A stretch of 64,000 bases of DNA, taken from assembly GCA_043826435.1 (NCBI GenBank), contig JBDRQF010000037.1, forward strand, positions 32,001 through 96,000, written 5' to 3'. Shown here piece after piece: positions 35,858 to 46,441 of this stretch. The notes under the pieces were generated by a model. It saw only the letters and a list, made by a program, of their open reading frames with translations, did no database searches and had not been told where the DNA came from. Numbering within the stretch: the stretch's first letter is position 1; each line of letters starts with the position of its first letter. Origin of the DNA: Elusimicrobiota bacterium. Lineage in GTDB: Bacteria > Elusimicrobiota > Endomicrobiia > CG1-02-37-114 > JAHJSO01. A program made the position numbers and the translations under genes.

Positions 35858-38800
35858 ATGATAAACAAACTCATTGAGTGGTGTCTTAAAAACAGATTCG
35901 TAGTTCTGGTTTTTACGGGCGTGGTTATTGTGTGGGGTATTTATGCAATAAACCGTGTTCCGGTTGATGCTATCCCTGACATTGGCGAGAATCAGCAAAT
36001 AATTTTTGTTGACTGGCCTGGCAGGGATGCTCAGACGATTGAAGACCAGATAACCTACCCGCTTACCACCCGGCTGTTCGGTATTCCCGGGGTCAAGACA
36101 GTCCGCGCCTCGTCCGCGTTCGGATTTTCAATGGTTTATGTAATATTTAATGACCGGGTTGATTTTTACTGGGGCAGGTCAAGGATACTGGAAAAACTGC
36201 AGCAGGCGCAGCAGTTCCTGCCGCAGGGGGTTATCCCCGTGCTGGGGCCTGATGCCACGGGCCTCGGCCAGGTGTATTGGTATACGGTTGAAGGCGAAGG
36301 ATATTCCTTGCAGGAGTTAAGGTCGCTCCAGGACTGGTACATAAGGTATCAGCTGAATTCAGTTGAGGGGGTTTCAGAGGTCGCTTCCGTCGGCGGTTTC
36401 GTAAAACAATACCAGATAGACATTGACCCGAACAAACTTTTAATATACGGCGTCCAACTGGGCGAGGTGTTTAATGCCGTCAGAAATTCAAACATTGACG
36501 TGGGCGCTAAGGTTGTTGAGAAAGGCGGGATGGAGTTCATAGTCCGCGGCGTTGGTTTTATCAAAAAGATAGAGGACATAGATAACATTGTCGTAGGTTC
36601 TTATAAAGGCACACCCGTATATGTAAAAAATATCGCTACAGTTCAGTTGGGCCCTGAATTCAGGCGGGGCGTTCTGGACAAAGCAGGCAGGGAAGCCGTC
36701 GGCGGGGTTGTGATTGTCCGGTACAAAGAAAACCCGCTTGCAGTTATAATCCGCGTAAAGCAACGTATTAAAGAATTGGAATTAGGACTACCTCAAGGAG
36801 TAAAAATTGTTCCTTTCTATGACAGGACGGAACTCATTAAAAATACGATAAACACTTTAAGGGATACGTTGATTTTAGAAATCATCATTACTATCATTGT
36901 AGTGTTTTTCTTTTTGCGACATTTTATGTCAAATTTGATTGTTTCTTTCACTCTGCCGCTGGCAGTTCTTGTATCTTTCATCGTGATGTATTATCTTAAA
37001 GTTGATTCAAACATAATGTCCCTTTCAGGCATTGCGATTGCCATCGGCACGCTTGTTGATATGGGAATAATCATAGTGGAAAATTCATACCGGCATCTTG
37101 TATTAGACGGTGGCAAAAGGCCGCGGCTTGAAGTAATCTTTGAGGCGGCGAAAGAAGTTGGTAGCGCGGTTATCACGGCGATTTTAACTACGGTCGTTTC
37201 ATTCTTCCCCGTATTTGCTTTGGAATCACAGGAGGGAAAACTTTTCGGGCCGCTGGCATACACCAAGACATTTGCATTGCTCGCGTCTGTTTTTATCGCC
37301 CTGACGCTCACGCCGATTTTGTGTTATTATCTGCTTAAAGGCAGATTGCTGCCCGTTGAAGAAAATCCCGTCGGCAGGGTGCTGGTGAAATATTATGAAA
37401 AAATCCTGCGGTGGGTGCTGGCGAACAGAAAAAAATTCCTTTTAATTCCGGCAGCCGTATTGGCTGTTTCCCTGTTTATCGCAACAAGGATTGGCAGGGA
37501 GTTTATGCCTCCCTTTGACGAGGGGACGATACTGTTTATGCCCGTTGTCTCGCCGTCGGTATCTTTAACAGAAGCGCAGAGGATAATGCAAATCCAGAAT
37601 AGAATTATCAAGGCATTCCCTGAAGTTGACTCGGTTGTCGGAAAATCAGGCAGGGCAGAGACGGCAACGGATCCCGCGCCGGTTGAAATGTTTGAGACGA
37701 TTATAAATCTAAAACCAAAATCCAAATGGCGCAAAGGCGTCACAAAGGAAAAACTCATTCACGACATGGATGCCGCACTAAAATTTCCCGGCGTGGCAAA
37801 CATATGGACTCAGCCGATTGTCAACCGCATTGACATGCTTGCAACCGGCATAAGGACGCCCGTCGGCGTGAAAATTTTCGGAAGCGACTTAAAAGAACTT
37901 GAACGGATTGCTGATGAAATAAAAAGGATCGTTCAGGGTGTTAAAGGCGCCGAGGACCTGTATGCTGAAAGGATTACCGGTAAACCGTATTTGGAAATTA
38001 TCCCTGATAGACAACAAATTGCAAGGTATAACTTAACAATGCGCGATGTCCAGGACGTGATAGAGATGGCTATCGGCGGCGAGAATTTAACCACAACCGT
38101 TGAAGGCAGGGAAAGATACCCCGTCAGAGTCAGGTACCTTCGTGAACTGCGGGACAGCCCTGAGAAAATTCGCCGCGTGCTTGTCCCAACCCCGGCAGGC
38201 AATCAGGTTCCTTTGGGACAGGTAGCGGAAATCCGTCTTACAGAAGGCCCTGCAATGATAAGTTCGGAGAACGGCATGCTGCGGGCTTATGTCCTGATGA
38301 ACGTCCGGGGCAGGGATATGGTCGGTTTCGTGGAGGAAGCGAGCAAAATTGTGGCGGAAAAAATAGCAGGGAAACTCCCGGCAGGATATTCAATCCAGTG
38401 GTCGGGTCAGTTTGAAAATCAGGTCCGCGCCAAGAAAAAATTATCCGTTCTTGTACCGATAAGTTTGTTCATCAATTATATGATCATCTTTATGTGTTTC
38501 AAGTCCCATCGCAAATCACTTACAATTTTTGCTGCTATACCTGTGTCATTATCTGGTGGAATTTTACTTCTTGCCATTTATGGATACAATTTCAGTGTTG
38601 CTGTCTGGGTTGGGTTTATTGCACTTTTTGGCATTGCTGTTGATGACGGGGTTCTCATCACAACATATCTTGACCAGGTATTTACAGAAAGAAAACCAAA
38701 AACAAAACAAGAAGTTATAGAAGCAACGGTACATGCCGGCAAAGCAAGAATAAGACCTGCGTTTATGACATCCGTTACTACAATTTTGGCACTTCTGCCG

Positions 38801-38950
38801 ATATTCATATTCGGCGGTACAGGAATAGAAATTATCAGACCAATGGCGATTCCATCTTTCGGCGGTATGACACTTGCTGCTATAACTTGGTTTATAGTTC
38901 CGACAATATATTCCTGGTTTGAGGAAAGAAAAATAAATAAAGCGTCATAG
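35858..38950 (+). CDS. cusA: CusA/SilA-type heavy-metal RND efflux pump
   Basis: DAIPDIGENQ, LGPDATGLG, IAIAIGTLVD, EFMPPFDEG, TDPAPVEMFET, RIDMLATG, RIRPAFMT. Confidence 0.96.
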   Translation: MINKLIEWCLKNRFVVLVFTGVVIVWGIYAINRVPVDAIPDIGENQQIIFVDWPGRDAQTIEDQITYPLTTRLFGIPGVKTVRASSAFGFSMVYVIFNDRVDFYWGRSRILEKLQQAQQFLPQGVIPVLGPDATGLGQVYWYTVEGEGYSLQELRSLQDWYIRYQLNSVEGVSEVASVGGFVKQYQIDIDPNKLLIYGVQLGEVFNAVRNSNIDVGAKVVEKGGMEFIVRGVGFIKKIEDIDNIVVGSYKGTPVYVKNIATVQLGPEFRRGVLDKAGREAVGGVVIVRYKENPLAVIIRVKQRIKELELGLPQGVKIVPFYDRTELIKNTINTLRDTLILEIIITIIVVFFFLRHFMSNLIVSFTLPLAVLVSFIVMYYLKVDSNIMSLSGIAIAIGTLVDMGIIIVENSYRHLVLDGGKRPRLEVIFEAAKEVGSAVITAILTTVVSFFPVFALESQEGKLFGPLAYTKTFALLASVFIALTLTPILCYYLLKGRLLPVEENPVGRVLVKYYEKILRWVLANRKKFLLIPAAVLAVSLFIATRIGREFMPPFDEGTILFMPVVSPSVSLTEAQRIMQIQNRIIKAFPEVDSVVGKSGRAETATDPAPVEMFETIINLKPKSKWRKGVTKEKLIHDMDAALKFPGVANIWTQPIVNRIDMLATGIRTPVGVKIFGSDLKELERIADEIKRIVQGVKGAEDLYAERITGKPYLEIIPDRQQIARYNLTMRDVQDVIEMAIGGENLTTTVEGRERYPVRVRYLRELRDSPEKIRRVLVPTPAGNQVPLGQVAEIRLTEGPAMISSENGMLRAYVLMNVRGRDMVGFVEEASKIVAEKIAGKLPAGYSIQWSGQFENQVRAKKKLSVLVPISLFINYMIIFMCFKSHRKSLTIFAAIPVSLSGGILLLAIYGYNFSVAVWVGFIALFGIAVDDGVLITTYLDQVFTERKPKTKQEVIEATVHAGKARIRPAFMTSVTTILALLPIFIFGGTGIEIIRPMAIPSFGGMTLAAITWFIVPTIYSWFEERKINKAS

Positions 38951-39047
38951 AAATTCATCGCTCGGAATAGCCCGGAATGACACACGTTTAACTGAATAGT
39001 TACCTACGGGAATGTGAGTCACTCAATTAAGCGAACATCACAATGTA

Positions 39048-40319
39048 ATGGACACCCGGCAATTTATATCACTATTTATTTTTATTTTATCATACATTTT
39101 GTTTGTATTTCTCACAAACAGACGGACACTTGTCGCTGTTGTAGGGTCGTTGCTGTTAGTTCTTACAGGTGCTGTCTCACTGGGTGATGCACTTGTTTCA
39201 ATAAACTGGAATGTAATGGGAATATTTGTTGGCACACTTATGATGGCGGATGTTTTTGTAAATAGCCGCGTGCCGGCATATCTGGCAGAAATAATTGTAA
39301 GGCATTCAAAGAATACTGCCTGGGCAATACTTTTTATTTGTCTTTTAACAGGTTTTATATCTGCTTTTGTTGAAAATGTTGCAACAGTGTTAATTATTGC
39401 TCCCGTGGCAATATCAATTTCCAGAAAGATTGGATTCAACCCTATAAAAATGATGATTGCAATTGCTGTTTCATCAAATCTTCAGGGTGCAGCCACACTT
39501 ATTGGCGACTCTCCAAGTATGCTTCTTGCTGGTTTTGCAAAGATGAACTTCTGGGATTTTTTCTTTTATAAAGGTAAACCAGGTATTTTTTTTGCAGTGG
39601 AAATAGGCGCTTTGGTTTCTTTTGTGGTTCTATATCTGATATTCAGAAAAAACAGAGAAAAAATATACTTGCCGGTTACTGAGGTGGTCAAATCCTGGAT
39701 ACCGACAGTTTTGCTTGCACTTTTGATAATTTTTCTTGCGATATCTTCATTTGTTGATATTAAATTTTCATATACTGCAGGCGTAATATGTATGGTTTTT
39801 GGGATTGTTTCACTTTTGTGGGAGAAATTTGTAAACAAATCTTCAATTATTAAAAATATCAGATTACTTAACTGGGATACCTCTATTTTTCTGGTGGGAA
39901 TTTTTGTTCTTGTTGGAGCATTAACCCTGAATGGTTGGACGGATAAAATAGCGGTAATTTTATCGGGACTAGTTGGCAAGAATATATTTCTTGGCTATTT
40001 CTTGATTGTTTTCCTTTCTGTTTTGTTTTCGTGTTTTATTGACAATATTCCATTTTTAGCTGCGATGATTCCAGTGGCAATAAAAATTTCGGCCACATTA
40101 AATATAGATCCTTCATTATATCTATTTGGTTTACTCATTGGCGCAAGTTTGGGGGGCAATATAACTCCGATAGGCGCTTCTGCAAATATTGTGTGTTGTG
40201 GCATTTTGAAAAAAGCGGGTTACACTGTAAAGTTTGGTGACTTTGTAAAAATTGGTTTGCCATTTACTCTGACAGCTGTGTCTGCAGCATTTTTATTCGG
40301 CTGGATGGTATGGAGATAA
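39048..40319 (+). CDS. ArsB/NhaD/SLC13 (ion transporter superfamily) permease
   Basis: ISAFVENVATV, SNLQGAATLIGDSP, FIDNIP, LGGNITPIGASAN. Confidence 0.88.
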   Translation: MDTRQFISLFIFILSYILFVFLTNRRTLVAVVGSLLLVLTGAVSLGDALVSINWNVMGIFVGTLMMADVFVNSRVPAYLAEIIVRHSKNTAWAILFICLLTGFISAFVENVATVLIIAPVAISISRKIGFNPIKMMIAIAVSSNLQGAATLIGDSPSMLLAGFAKMNFWDFFFYKGKPGIFFAVEIGALVSFVVLYLIFRKNREKIYLPVTEVVKSWIPTVLLALLIIFLAISSFVDIKFSYTAGVICMVFGIVSLLWEKFVNKSSIIKNIRLLNWDTSIFLVGIFVLVGALTLNGWTDKIAVILSGLVGKNIFLGYFLIVFLSVLFSCFIDNIPFLAAMIPVAIKISATLNIDPSLYLFGLLIGASLGGNITPIGASANIVCCGILKKAGYTVKFGDFVKIGLPFTLTAVSAAFLFGWMVWR

Positions 40320-40322
40320 ACA

Positions 40323-41489
40323 ATGAGCGGAATAGATAAAACAGATCCCATCTGCGGAATGGAAGGCACAATTCAGGCACACGGACACTATTTCTGCAGC
40401 GGGGCTTGTATAAAAAAATATGAGCAAAAAAATAATATCACGCAGGAGAAATGTCCAGGTTGCGTTGTTAAACAGAAGAAGTGGTACAGGGAAAATTTAT
40501 TTTTGGTAGTGTTAGGTCTGGCTTGCGTCCATGTAATCAATTTTGTTTTTTCGCTCTACGGGATAACAGTTCTTGATGGTTTGATATTTTCTTTTCACGA
40601 TTATATAAAGAGAATCTGGCTGGCAGTCATTCTTGGATTATTCATAGGCGGCATTATAGATTATTTTATTCCAAGGGAATATATTACAAAATATTTATCC
40701 CGGAATAAAAAGAGCACAGTGTTTTATTCTGTGGGATTTGGTTTCTTAATGTCTGTCTGTTCCCATGGCATACTGGCAATATCTATTGAATTGTATAAAA
40801 AAGGTGCCTCCACCTCCTCTGTTATAGCGTTTTTGCTGGCTTCACCCTGGGCAAATTTTCCTGTGACAATTCTGTTGTTTAGTTTTTTTGGTATTAAAGC
40901 GTTATTTTTTATTATTTCTGCAATTGTTATTGCGATTATCACCGGTTTAATTTATCAGGTGCTGGAGAAAAAAGGCATGGTTGAAAGCAATAAAAATGTT
41001 TTTCAGCCCGAGCAGGATTTCTCAATTATTAAAGATATAAAAACAAGGATGAAGGGAACCAGAATTAATCCGGAAAGTTTAAAAATCACACTTATGGGCA
41101 TTATGAACGGTTCCTGGTCCCTTGCCAGAATGGTTTTATGGTGGATTTTAATTGGCATGTTTCTGGCATCAGCGACAGCAACTTATATCCCGAAAGATTT
41201 TTTTATTCATTATATGGGCTCCGGTTTATCTGGTTTACTTGTGACACTGGCTCTGGCAACAGTCATAGAAATTTGTTCAGAGGGCTCAGCCCCGCTTGCT
41301 TTTGAAATCTTTCGCCAGACAGGTGCTTTTGGAAATTCGTTTGTATTTTTAATGGCAGGCGTATCAACCGACTATACAGAAATTGGTCTACTCTGGTCAA
41401 ATATCGGCAGAAAAACAGCATTGTGGTTGCCTGTTATAACCGTCCCGCAGGTGCTTATCTTAGGGTATTTGTTTAATACACTTTTATAG
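40323..41489 (+). CDS. ArsP/DUF318-like permease with N-terminal YHS/TRASH-like domain
   Basis: TDPICGM...YFCSGAC; VCSHG, AFLLASP, ICSEG, FLMAGVSTD. Confidence 0.85.
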   Translation: MSGIDKTDPICGMEGTIQAHGHYFCSGACIKKYEQKNNITQEKCPGCVVKQKKWYRENLFLVVLGLACVHVINFVFSLYGITVLDGLIFSFHDYIKRIWLAVILGLFIGGIIDYFIPREYITKYLSRNKKSTVFYSVGFGFLMSVCSHGILAISIELYKKGASTSSVIAFLLASPWANFPVTILLFSFFGIKALFFIISAIVIAIITGLIYQVLEKKGMVESNKNVFQPEQDFSIIKDIKTRMKGTRINPESLKITLMGIMNGSWSLARMVLWWILIGMFLASATATYIPKDFFIHYMGSGLSGLLVTLALATVIEICSEGSAPLAFEIFRQTGAFGNSFVFLMAGVSTDYTEIGLLWSNIGRKTALWLPVITVPQVLILGYLFNTLL

Positions 41490-41494
41490 AAAAC

Positions 41495-41560
41495 TGTCAT
41501 TGCGAGCCCGAAGAGCGTGGCAATCAGGGTGTCATTGCGAGCCCGAAGGGCGTGGCAATC
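41495..41560. repeat. Two tandem half-copies of the family C REP-like element
   Basis: TGTCATTGCGAGCCCGAAG(A/G)GCGTGGCAATC at 41495-41525 and 41530-41560. Confidence 0.85.
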
Positions 41561-41639
41561 TCACGCTATTTGTTTAATATCCTGTTCTGATTCTGACCAA
41601 AATCCAATTCTTATTTTGCATGGGAGATTTATTTAAGAG

Positions 41640-43046
41640 ATGCGTAATAAAGGGAAGGTTTATCTGGTAGGCGCAGGGCCCGGCGGGCATGACTTAATTA
41701 CCGTCCGGGGTATGAGGATTTTAGAACAGGCGGATGTTGTTGTATATGACTACCTTGCAGATAAATCAATTTTGAAATACGCAAAACCCGGAACGGAACT
41801 AATCTGCGCCGATGAATTATCTCCAGAAAAACACAGCGATAGTTTTATCAAAAAACAAAAATTAATAAATGAAATACTTGTAAAAAAAGCAAGACAGGGG
41901 AAGAAAATAGTCCGGTTAAAAAACGGAGACCCGTTCATCTTCGGAAGAGCCACGGAAGAACTTAACGTATTGGTTAAAAACAACATGGACTTTGCCGTTA
42001 TCCCCGGAGTTACCTCGGCAAGTGCCGCCGCTTGTTTCAGCGGCATCCCTCTTACAAGCAGAGATTGTTCTTCAAGCGTAGTGTTTGTTACAGGACATGA
42101 AGCCGTAGATAAAAAAGGGAATTGTATTGACTGGGGGAAAATTGCGTTGATGGACACCGTTGTTTTATACATGGCGATGGAAAATTTATCTCAGATTGCC
42201 GGGAAACTGATTGCCTCAGGGAAATCCCCCAATACCCCCGCAGCAGTAGTTTCCAATGTAACAAAAATCAACCAGAAACTTGTCGCCGGTACATTAAAAA
42301 ACATAAAGGATAAAATTAAAATACAAAACATTTCAGCGCCGGCAATTGTAATTATCGGGGAAGTTGTTAAGAGGGAAAAACATTTTAACTGGTTTAGAAA
42401 AGCAAAAAAAATCATTTTTACGGGGCTCTCCCCTGAAAGATTCTTTGAAAAGGGATTAATGTTTCATATTCCTGCGATTGAGATTAAACCGTCGGAGGAT
42501 TACGGCGAACTTGATAACCGGATTAAGAAAATAGAAATGATTGATTGGGTAATATTCACAAGCAGGTTTGGGGTATATTACTTTTTTGAACGGTTGTATA
42601 AATCGGGATACGATGTGCGGGCGTTGTCTGGCATAAACATTGCCGCGATCGGTTCTTCCACTGCGAACAAATTGAAAGAATACGGCATTGCGGCGGATAT
42701 GACCCCGGAAGAAGAATGTTCTGCCGGGCTTCTTTCAGAGTTTAAAAAGATAAACATTAAAGGCAGGAAGATTCTTTTGCCACGTTCCGATATCGCCGAT
42801 AAGGGCTTAACGGACGGTTTAAGAAAACTCGGCGCCGAGGTTTTTCCCTGCGTTGCATACAGGAACGTTATGCCGGAAAATCTCCCTGATATGAATTTTG
42901 ATTTTTTTGATGAGATAATATTCAGCAGTCCCTCTACGGTAAGAAATTTCATAAAAAGATACGGCATGCCGCCGGAGAGAATAAAAATCAGGGCCATAGG
43001 GCCGGTAACCAAAAAGGAAGCAGGGAAATACGGTATGAACGTATGA
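41640..43046 (+). CDS. cobA: Uroporphyrinogen-III C-methyltransferase / uroporphyrinogen-III synthase fusion (CobA-HemD)
   Basis: VYLVGAGPG, VRLKNGDPFIFGR, IPGVTSA, FVTGHE; HemD part WVIFTS, AAIG, FSSPSTV. Confidence 0.93.
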   Translation: MRNKGKVYLVGAGPGGHDLITVRGMRILEQADVVVYDYLADKSILKYAKPGTELICADELSPEKHSDSFIKKQKLINEILVKKARQGKKIVRLKNGDPFIFGRATEELNVLVKNNMDFAVIPGVTSASAAACFSGIPLTSRDCSSSVVFVTGHEAVDKKGNCIDWGKIALMDTVVLYMAMENLSQIAGKLIASGKSPNTPAAVVSNVTKINQKLVAGTLKNIKDKIKIQNISAPAIVIIGEVVKREKHFNWFRKAKKIIFTGLSPERFFEKGLMFHIPAIEIKPSEDYGELDNRIKKIEMIDWVIFTSRFGVYYFFERLYKSGYDVRALSGINIAAIGSSTANKLKEYGIAADMTPEEECSAGLLSEFKKINIKGRKILLPRSDIADKGLTDGLRKLGAEVFPCVAYRNVMPENLPDMNFDFFDEIIFSSPSTVRNFIKRYGMPPERIKIRAIGPVTKKEAGKYGMNV

Positions 43047-44050
43047 AAATTTTAAAATTCAGATTAAGACGGCTTAGAAGAAATGAAAATTTAAGAAAGT
43101 TATTTGCCGAAACAGACCTTTCTGTTTCCGACCTCATTATGCCGTATTTTGTCGTTGAGGGGGGGAATATTAGGCAGCCGATAAAATCAATGCCAGGTGT
43201 TTTCAGGTTTTCGGCTGATAATCTTGTAAAAGAGGTTACGGAGATACATAATCTCGGTATTCCTGCTGTTTTGCTTTTCGGCGTCCCCGCCAAAAAGGAT
43301 GAAACCGGAAGCCGGGCGTACGACAAAAGCGGTATTGTCCAGAAAGCGATCAGGGCAATTAAAAGAGAGATTCCGGATATGATTGTTGTAACGGACGTCT
43401 GCCTGTGTAGTTGGACGTCGCACGGGCACTGCGGGGTACTTCCTTTTCAAACCCGGATGCGGAATGGGAATAAAAAGAGTATATCCGTTGACAATGACGG
43501 GACTTTAAAGATATTAGCAAGAATTGCCCTGTCTCATGCGGAATCAGGCGCGGATATTATAGCGCCGTCAGCAATGATGGACGGCCAGGTAAGTGAAATA
43601 AGGAATGCCCTTGACAAGAATGGATTCAAAGATGTTGCCATTATGTCATATTCGGCAAAATATGCCTCGTGTTTTTATGGGCCATTCAGGGAGGCATCCT
43701 GCTCAACCCCGCAGTCCGGTGACAGAAAAGGGTATCAAATGGATTGTCGTAATTTAAAAGAAGCAATAAGGGAAGTTGAACAGGATATAAAAGAAGGGGC
43801 CGACATTGTTATGGTTAAACCCGCATTATCATATTTGGACGTAATCCATGCGGTAAAAGAAAAGTTTAACATACCGCTTGCGGCATACAATGTCAGCGGG
43901 GAGTATTCAATGGTAAAGGCAGCGGCAGAAAAAGGGTGGCTGGATGAAAGGAACACAGCGATTGAAATATTAACTTCAATAAAAAGAGCGGGGGCGGATG
44001 TGATAATAACTTACTGGGCGAGGGAAGTAGCAAAATGGGCAGACCGTTAA
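43043..44050 (+). CDS. hemB: Porphobilinogen synthase
   Basis: DVCLCSWTSHGHCG, PSAMMDG, MSYSAKYAS, MVKP, AYNVSGEY. Confidence 0.96.
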   Translation: MKILKFRLRRLRRNENLRKLFAETDLSVSDLIMPYFVVEGGNIRQPIKSMPGVFRFSADNLVKEVTEIHNLGIPAVLLFGVPAKKDETGSRAYDKSGIVQKAIRAIKREIPDMIVVTDVCLCSWTSHGHCGVLPFQTRMRNGNKKSISVDNDGTLKILARIALSHAESGADIIAPSAMMDGQVSEIRNALDKNGFKDVAIMSYSAKYASCFYGPFREASCSTPQSGDRKGYQMDCRNLKEAIREVEQDIKEGADIVMVKPALSYLDVIHAVKEKFNIPLAAYNVSGEYSMVKAAAEKGWLDERNTAIEILTSIKRAGADVIITYWAREVAKWADR

Positions 44051-45345
44051 ATCTTAAACGTTCAACGACAAACGAAGAATTATTCCGCCGCGCAAAACGC
44101 TTTATTCCGGGCGGAGTAAATTCTCCGGTGAGGGCATTTAAGGCGGTCGGCGGGGTCCCTTTATTTATCAAAGAAGGCAAGGGCTCAAAAATTTATGATG
44201 TGACGGGAAGGGGCTACACTGACTACTGTATGTCGTGGGGAGCGATTATATTAGGGCATGCTCAACCGGAAGTAATCAAAGAAGTTAAAAAGGTTCTTGA
44301 AAAAGGAACAAGTTTCGGAGCGCCGATCGAATTGGAAATAAAATTTTCTGAAATGATCTGCAAGGCATTCCCTTCAATTGAAATGATACGCCTGGTGAAC
44401 TCAGGCACAGAGGCCTGCATGAGCGCAATACGGTTGGCGCGGGGATGGACGGGGAGAAAAAGGATTGTTAAATTTGCAGGATGTTATCACGGACATGCGG
44501 ATTATTTACTGGTTCGGGCCGGCTCAGGCGGAATGACATTCGGTGTTTCCGACAGCGCAGGGGTAATAAAGGATATTGCAAGGCATACACTCGTATTACC
44601 CTATAATAATTTAGAGGCGGTAGAAAAAACAATAAAAAAAGTCCATAAGGATATTGCCTGTATTATCGTTGAACCTGTCCCGGCAAATATGGGAGTGGTG
44701 TTGCCTGAACCGGGATTCCTCGGCGGTTTGCGTGAAATGTGCGATTATTACGGCGTACTTCTTATATTTGACGAAGTAATCACCGGGTTCAGGGTTTCAT
44801 ACGGCGGCGTCCAGAAACTATACGGTGTCCAGCCCGATTTAACCTGTCTGGGGAAAATTATAGGCGGAGGGCTGCCGATGGGAGCGTTCGGCGGGAAGAA
44901 GAAAATTATGAAATTTCTCGCTCCGTCGGGACCAGTATATCAGGCCGGCACTTTATCGGGCAATCCGGTCAGCGTGTCTGCAGGGCTTGAAACCTTAAAT
45001 ATCCTCCGCAGGAATAAAAATATGTATAATTCACTTGAAGAAAATACCGGGTTGCTTTGTGAAGGAATTAAAGACAATATAAAAAGGTTAAAAGTGAACG
45101 CCCTCATAAACCAAATAGGTTCAATGTTTACCGTCTTCTTTACAGACAGGGGAGTGTCCGACTATTTAACGGCTTTATATTCCAACAGGAAACGATATGC
45201 CGGGTTTTTTCATGGGATGCTGAAAAAAGGTGTATATTTTCCTCCCTCACAGTTTGAAAGTTGTTTTGTTTCGTCCGCTCATACGGTGGGGGATATTAAA
45301 AAGACAATAGAAGCAACATATGAGGCGTTCAGGGGAATAAAATAG
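44035..45345 (+). CDS. hemL: Glutamate-1-semialdehyde 2,1-aminomutase
   Basis: PGGVNSPVRAF, NSGTEA, GCYHGH, FDEVITGFR, LGKIIGGG, YQAGTLSGNP. Confidence 0.96.
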   Translation: MGRPLNLKRSTTNEELFRRAKRFIPGGVNSPVRAFKAVGGVPLFIKEGKGSKIYDVTGRGYTDYCMSWGAIILGHAQPEVIKEVKKVLEKGTSFGAPIELEIKFSEMICKAFPSIEMIRLVNSGTEACMSAIRLARGWTGRKRIVKFAGCYHGHADYLLVRAGSGGMTFGVSDSAGVIKDIARHTLVLPYNNLEAVEKTIKKVHKDIACIIVEPVPANMGVVLPEPGFLGGLREMCDYYGVLLIFDEVITGFRVSYGGVQKLYGVQPDLTCLGKIIGGGLPMGAFGGKKKIMKFLAPSGPVYQAGTLSGNPVSVSAGLETLNILRRNKNMYNSLEENTGLLCEGIKDNIKRLKVNALINQIGSMFTVFFTDRGVSDYLTALYSNRKRYAGFFHGMLKKGVYFPPSQFESCFVSSAHTVGDIKKTIEATYEAFRGIK

Positions 45346-45676
45346 ATATACGCCCCGGCCGGAACCTGAATGCTAATACGCCGGGTGATAGTCACTTATT
45401 TACATTTGTTTTGTAAGATATAGATGTACCACGCAAACCACGGAATGAATTCAAAGAATTAAGACGCAAAAGTTCTTCCAGAGTTGAATCACTAAAAGTA
45501 AAAAAGCAAAGGCTGACACCATATGGGAAATTTCGCAGAATCTTCACATAAAATGCACAACTTTATGCTATAATATATAGTAGGGTGGTATAGCGTAAAA
45601 AGATTATGTGATGCGAAAAATGACGGATGATACGAGATTGGGAGATTTGGAGCTATGAGATTAGGGGATTGGGGAA

Positions 45677-46066
45677 ATGAGCAAAAAGCAGAATAGTTTT
45701 TCTCTTGTTAAATTTGAGGATGTGGCAAATAAGATTATTGAGATTAGAGGGGAGAAAGTCATTCTTGATAGTGATGTTGCAGAACTCTACGGTGTAGAAA
45801 CAAGGGAAATAAATCAAGCGTTATCCAATAATCCAGATAAATTCCCATGGGGTTATGTTTTTGAACTTACAAAAGAAGAGAAAAAAGAGGTAATCAAAAA
45901 TTTTGATTACCTTGCGAATCTTAAATTTTCCCCACATTTACCAAAGGCGTTTACCGAAAAAGGAATGTATATGCTTGCGACAATTTTGAAATCTCCCAGG
46001 GCAACTCAAACAACAATGCATGTCTTTTTCCAAGAACTTTCTATCCATTCTTCAATATTCTTATAA
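45677..46066 (+). pseudogene. ORF6N (KilA-N-like) DNA-binding domain protein, probably C-terminally truncated
   Basis: IRGEKVILDSDVAELYGVET...NPDKFP...PKAFTEKGMYMLATILKS; sequence after RATQTT looks unrelated. Confidence 0.7.
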
Positions 46067-46268
46067 TTAATATCCATTTTATTTATACTGTTGAGATAAT
46101 TCTTATGATGTAAACACCTTTTTTGCAGAAATTTCAAGGTTTCTTGAAGGAAAGGGTGGATGTTTAGGAATACTCATAATTAAAATATTCTGTAAGATTA
46201 CAATTCTCTTTTGCCACTCAAAATCAAAAGTCCGCAAAGATCTTGACATAACTCGGGTGCCGAGTGTC

Positions 46269-46297
46269 TTGACATAAGATTTATAATTTAGTATAAT
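46269..46297 (+). promoter_or_regulatory. Consensus sigma70 promoter of fdx-porCDAB
   Basis: TTGACA(46269-46274)-17 bp-TATAAT(46292-46297). Confidence 0.85.
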
Positions 46298-46322
46298 TAT
46301 TCAACCGCTTAATAATATACGG

Positions 46323-46397
46323 TACCGGCGAAAACCCAAGAGTTATTGGACGCGATGTGAGTCATACAGGCCATAAGGGGTATTTTTGTCGCCGGTA
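46323..46397 (+). other. Structured 5' leader of the fdx-por operon
   Basis: TACCGGCGA/TCGCCGGTA 9-bp closing stem with nested stems. Confidence 0.5.
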
Positions 46398-46441
46398 GTA
46401 ATAAAACCTAGACCTTAAGTAATTCAGGAGGATTTTTAATT

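Noticed and set aside
41495..41560. Direct repeats as a possible CRISPR array
   Set aside because: Only two units with a 4-bp gap, REP-like sequence, no cas genes
45431..45530. GCAAACC...GACGCAAAAG resembling a c-di-GMP-I riboswitch
   Set aside because: No GNRA-capped P2 stem or convincing P1/P3; the stretch also reads as an open frame fragment
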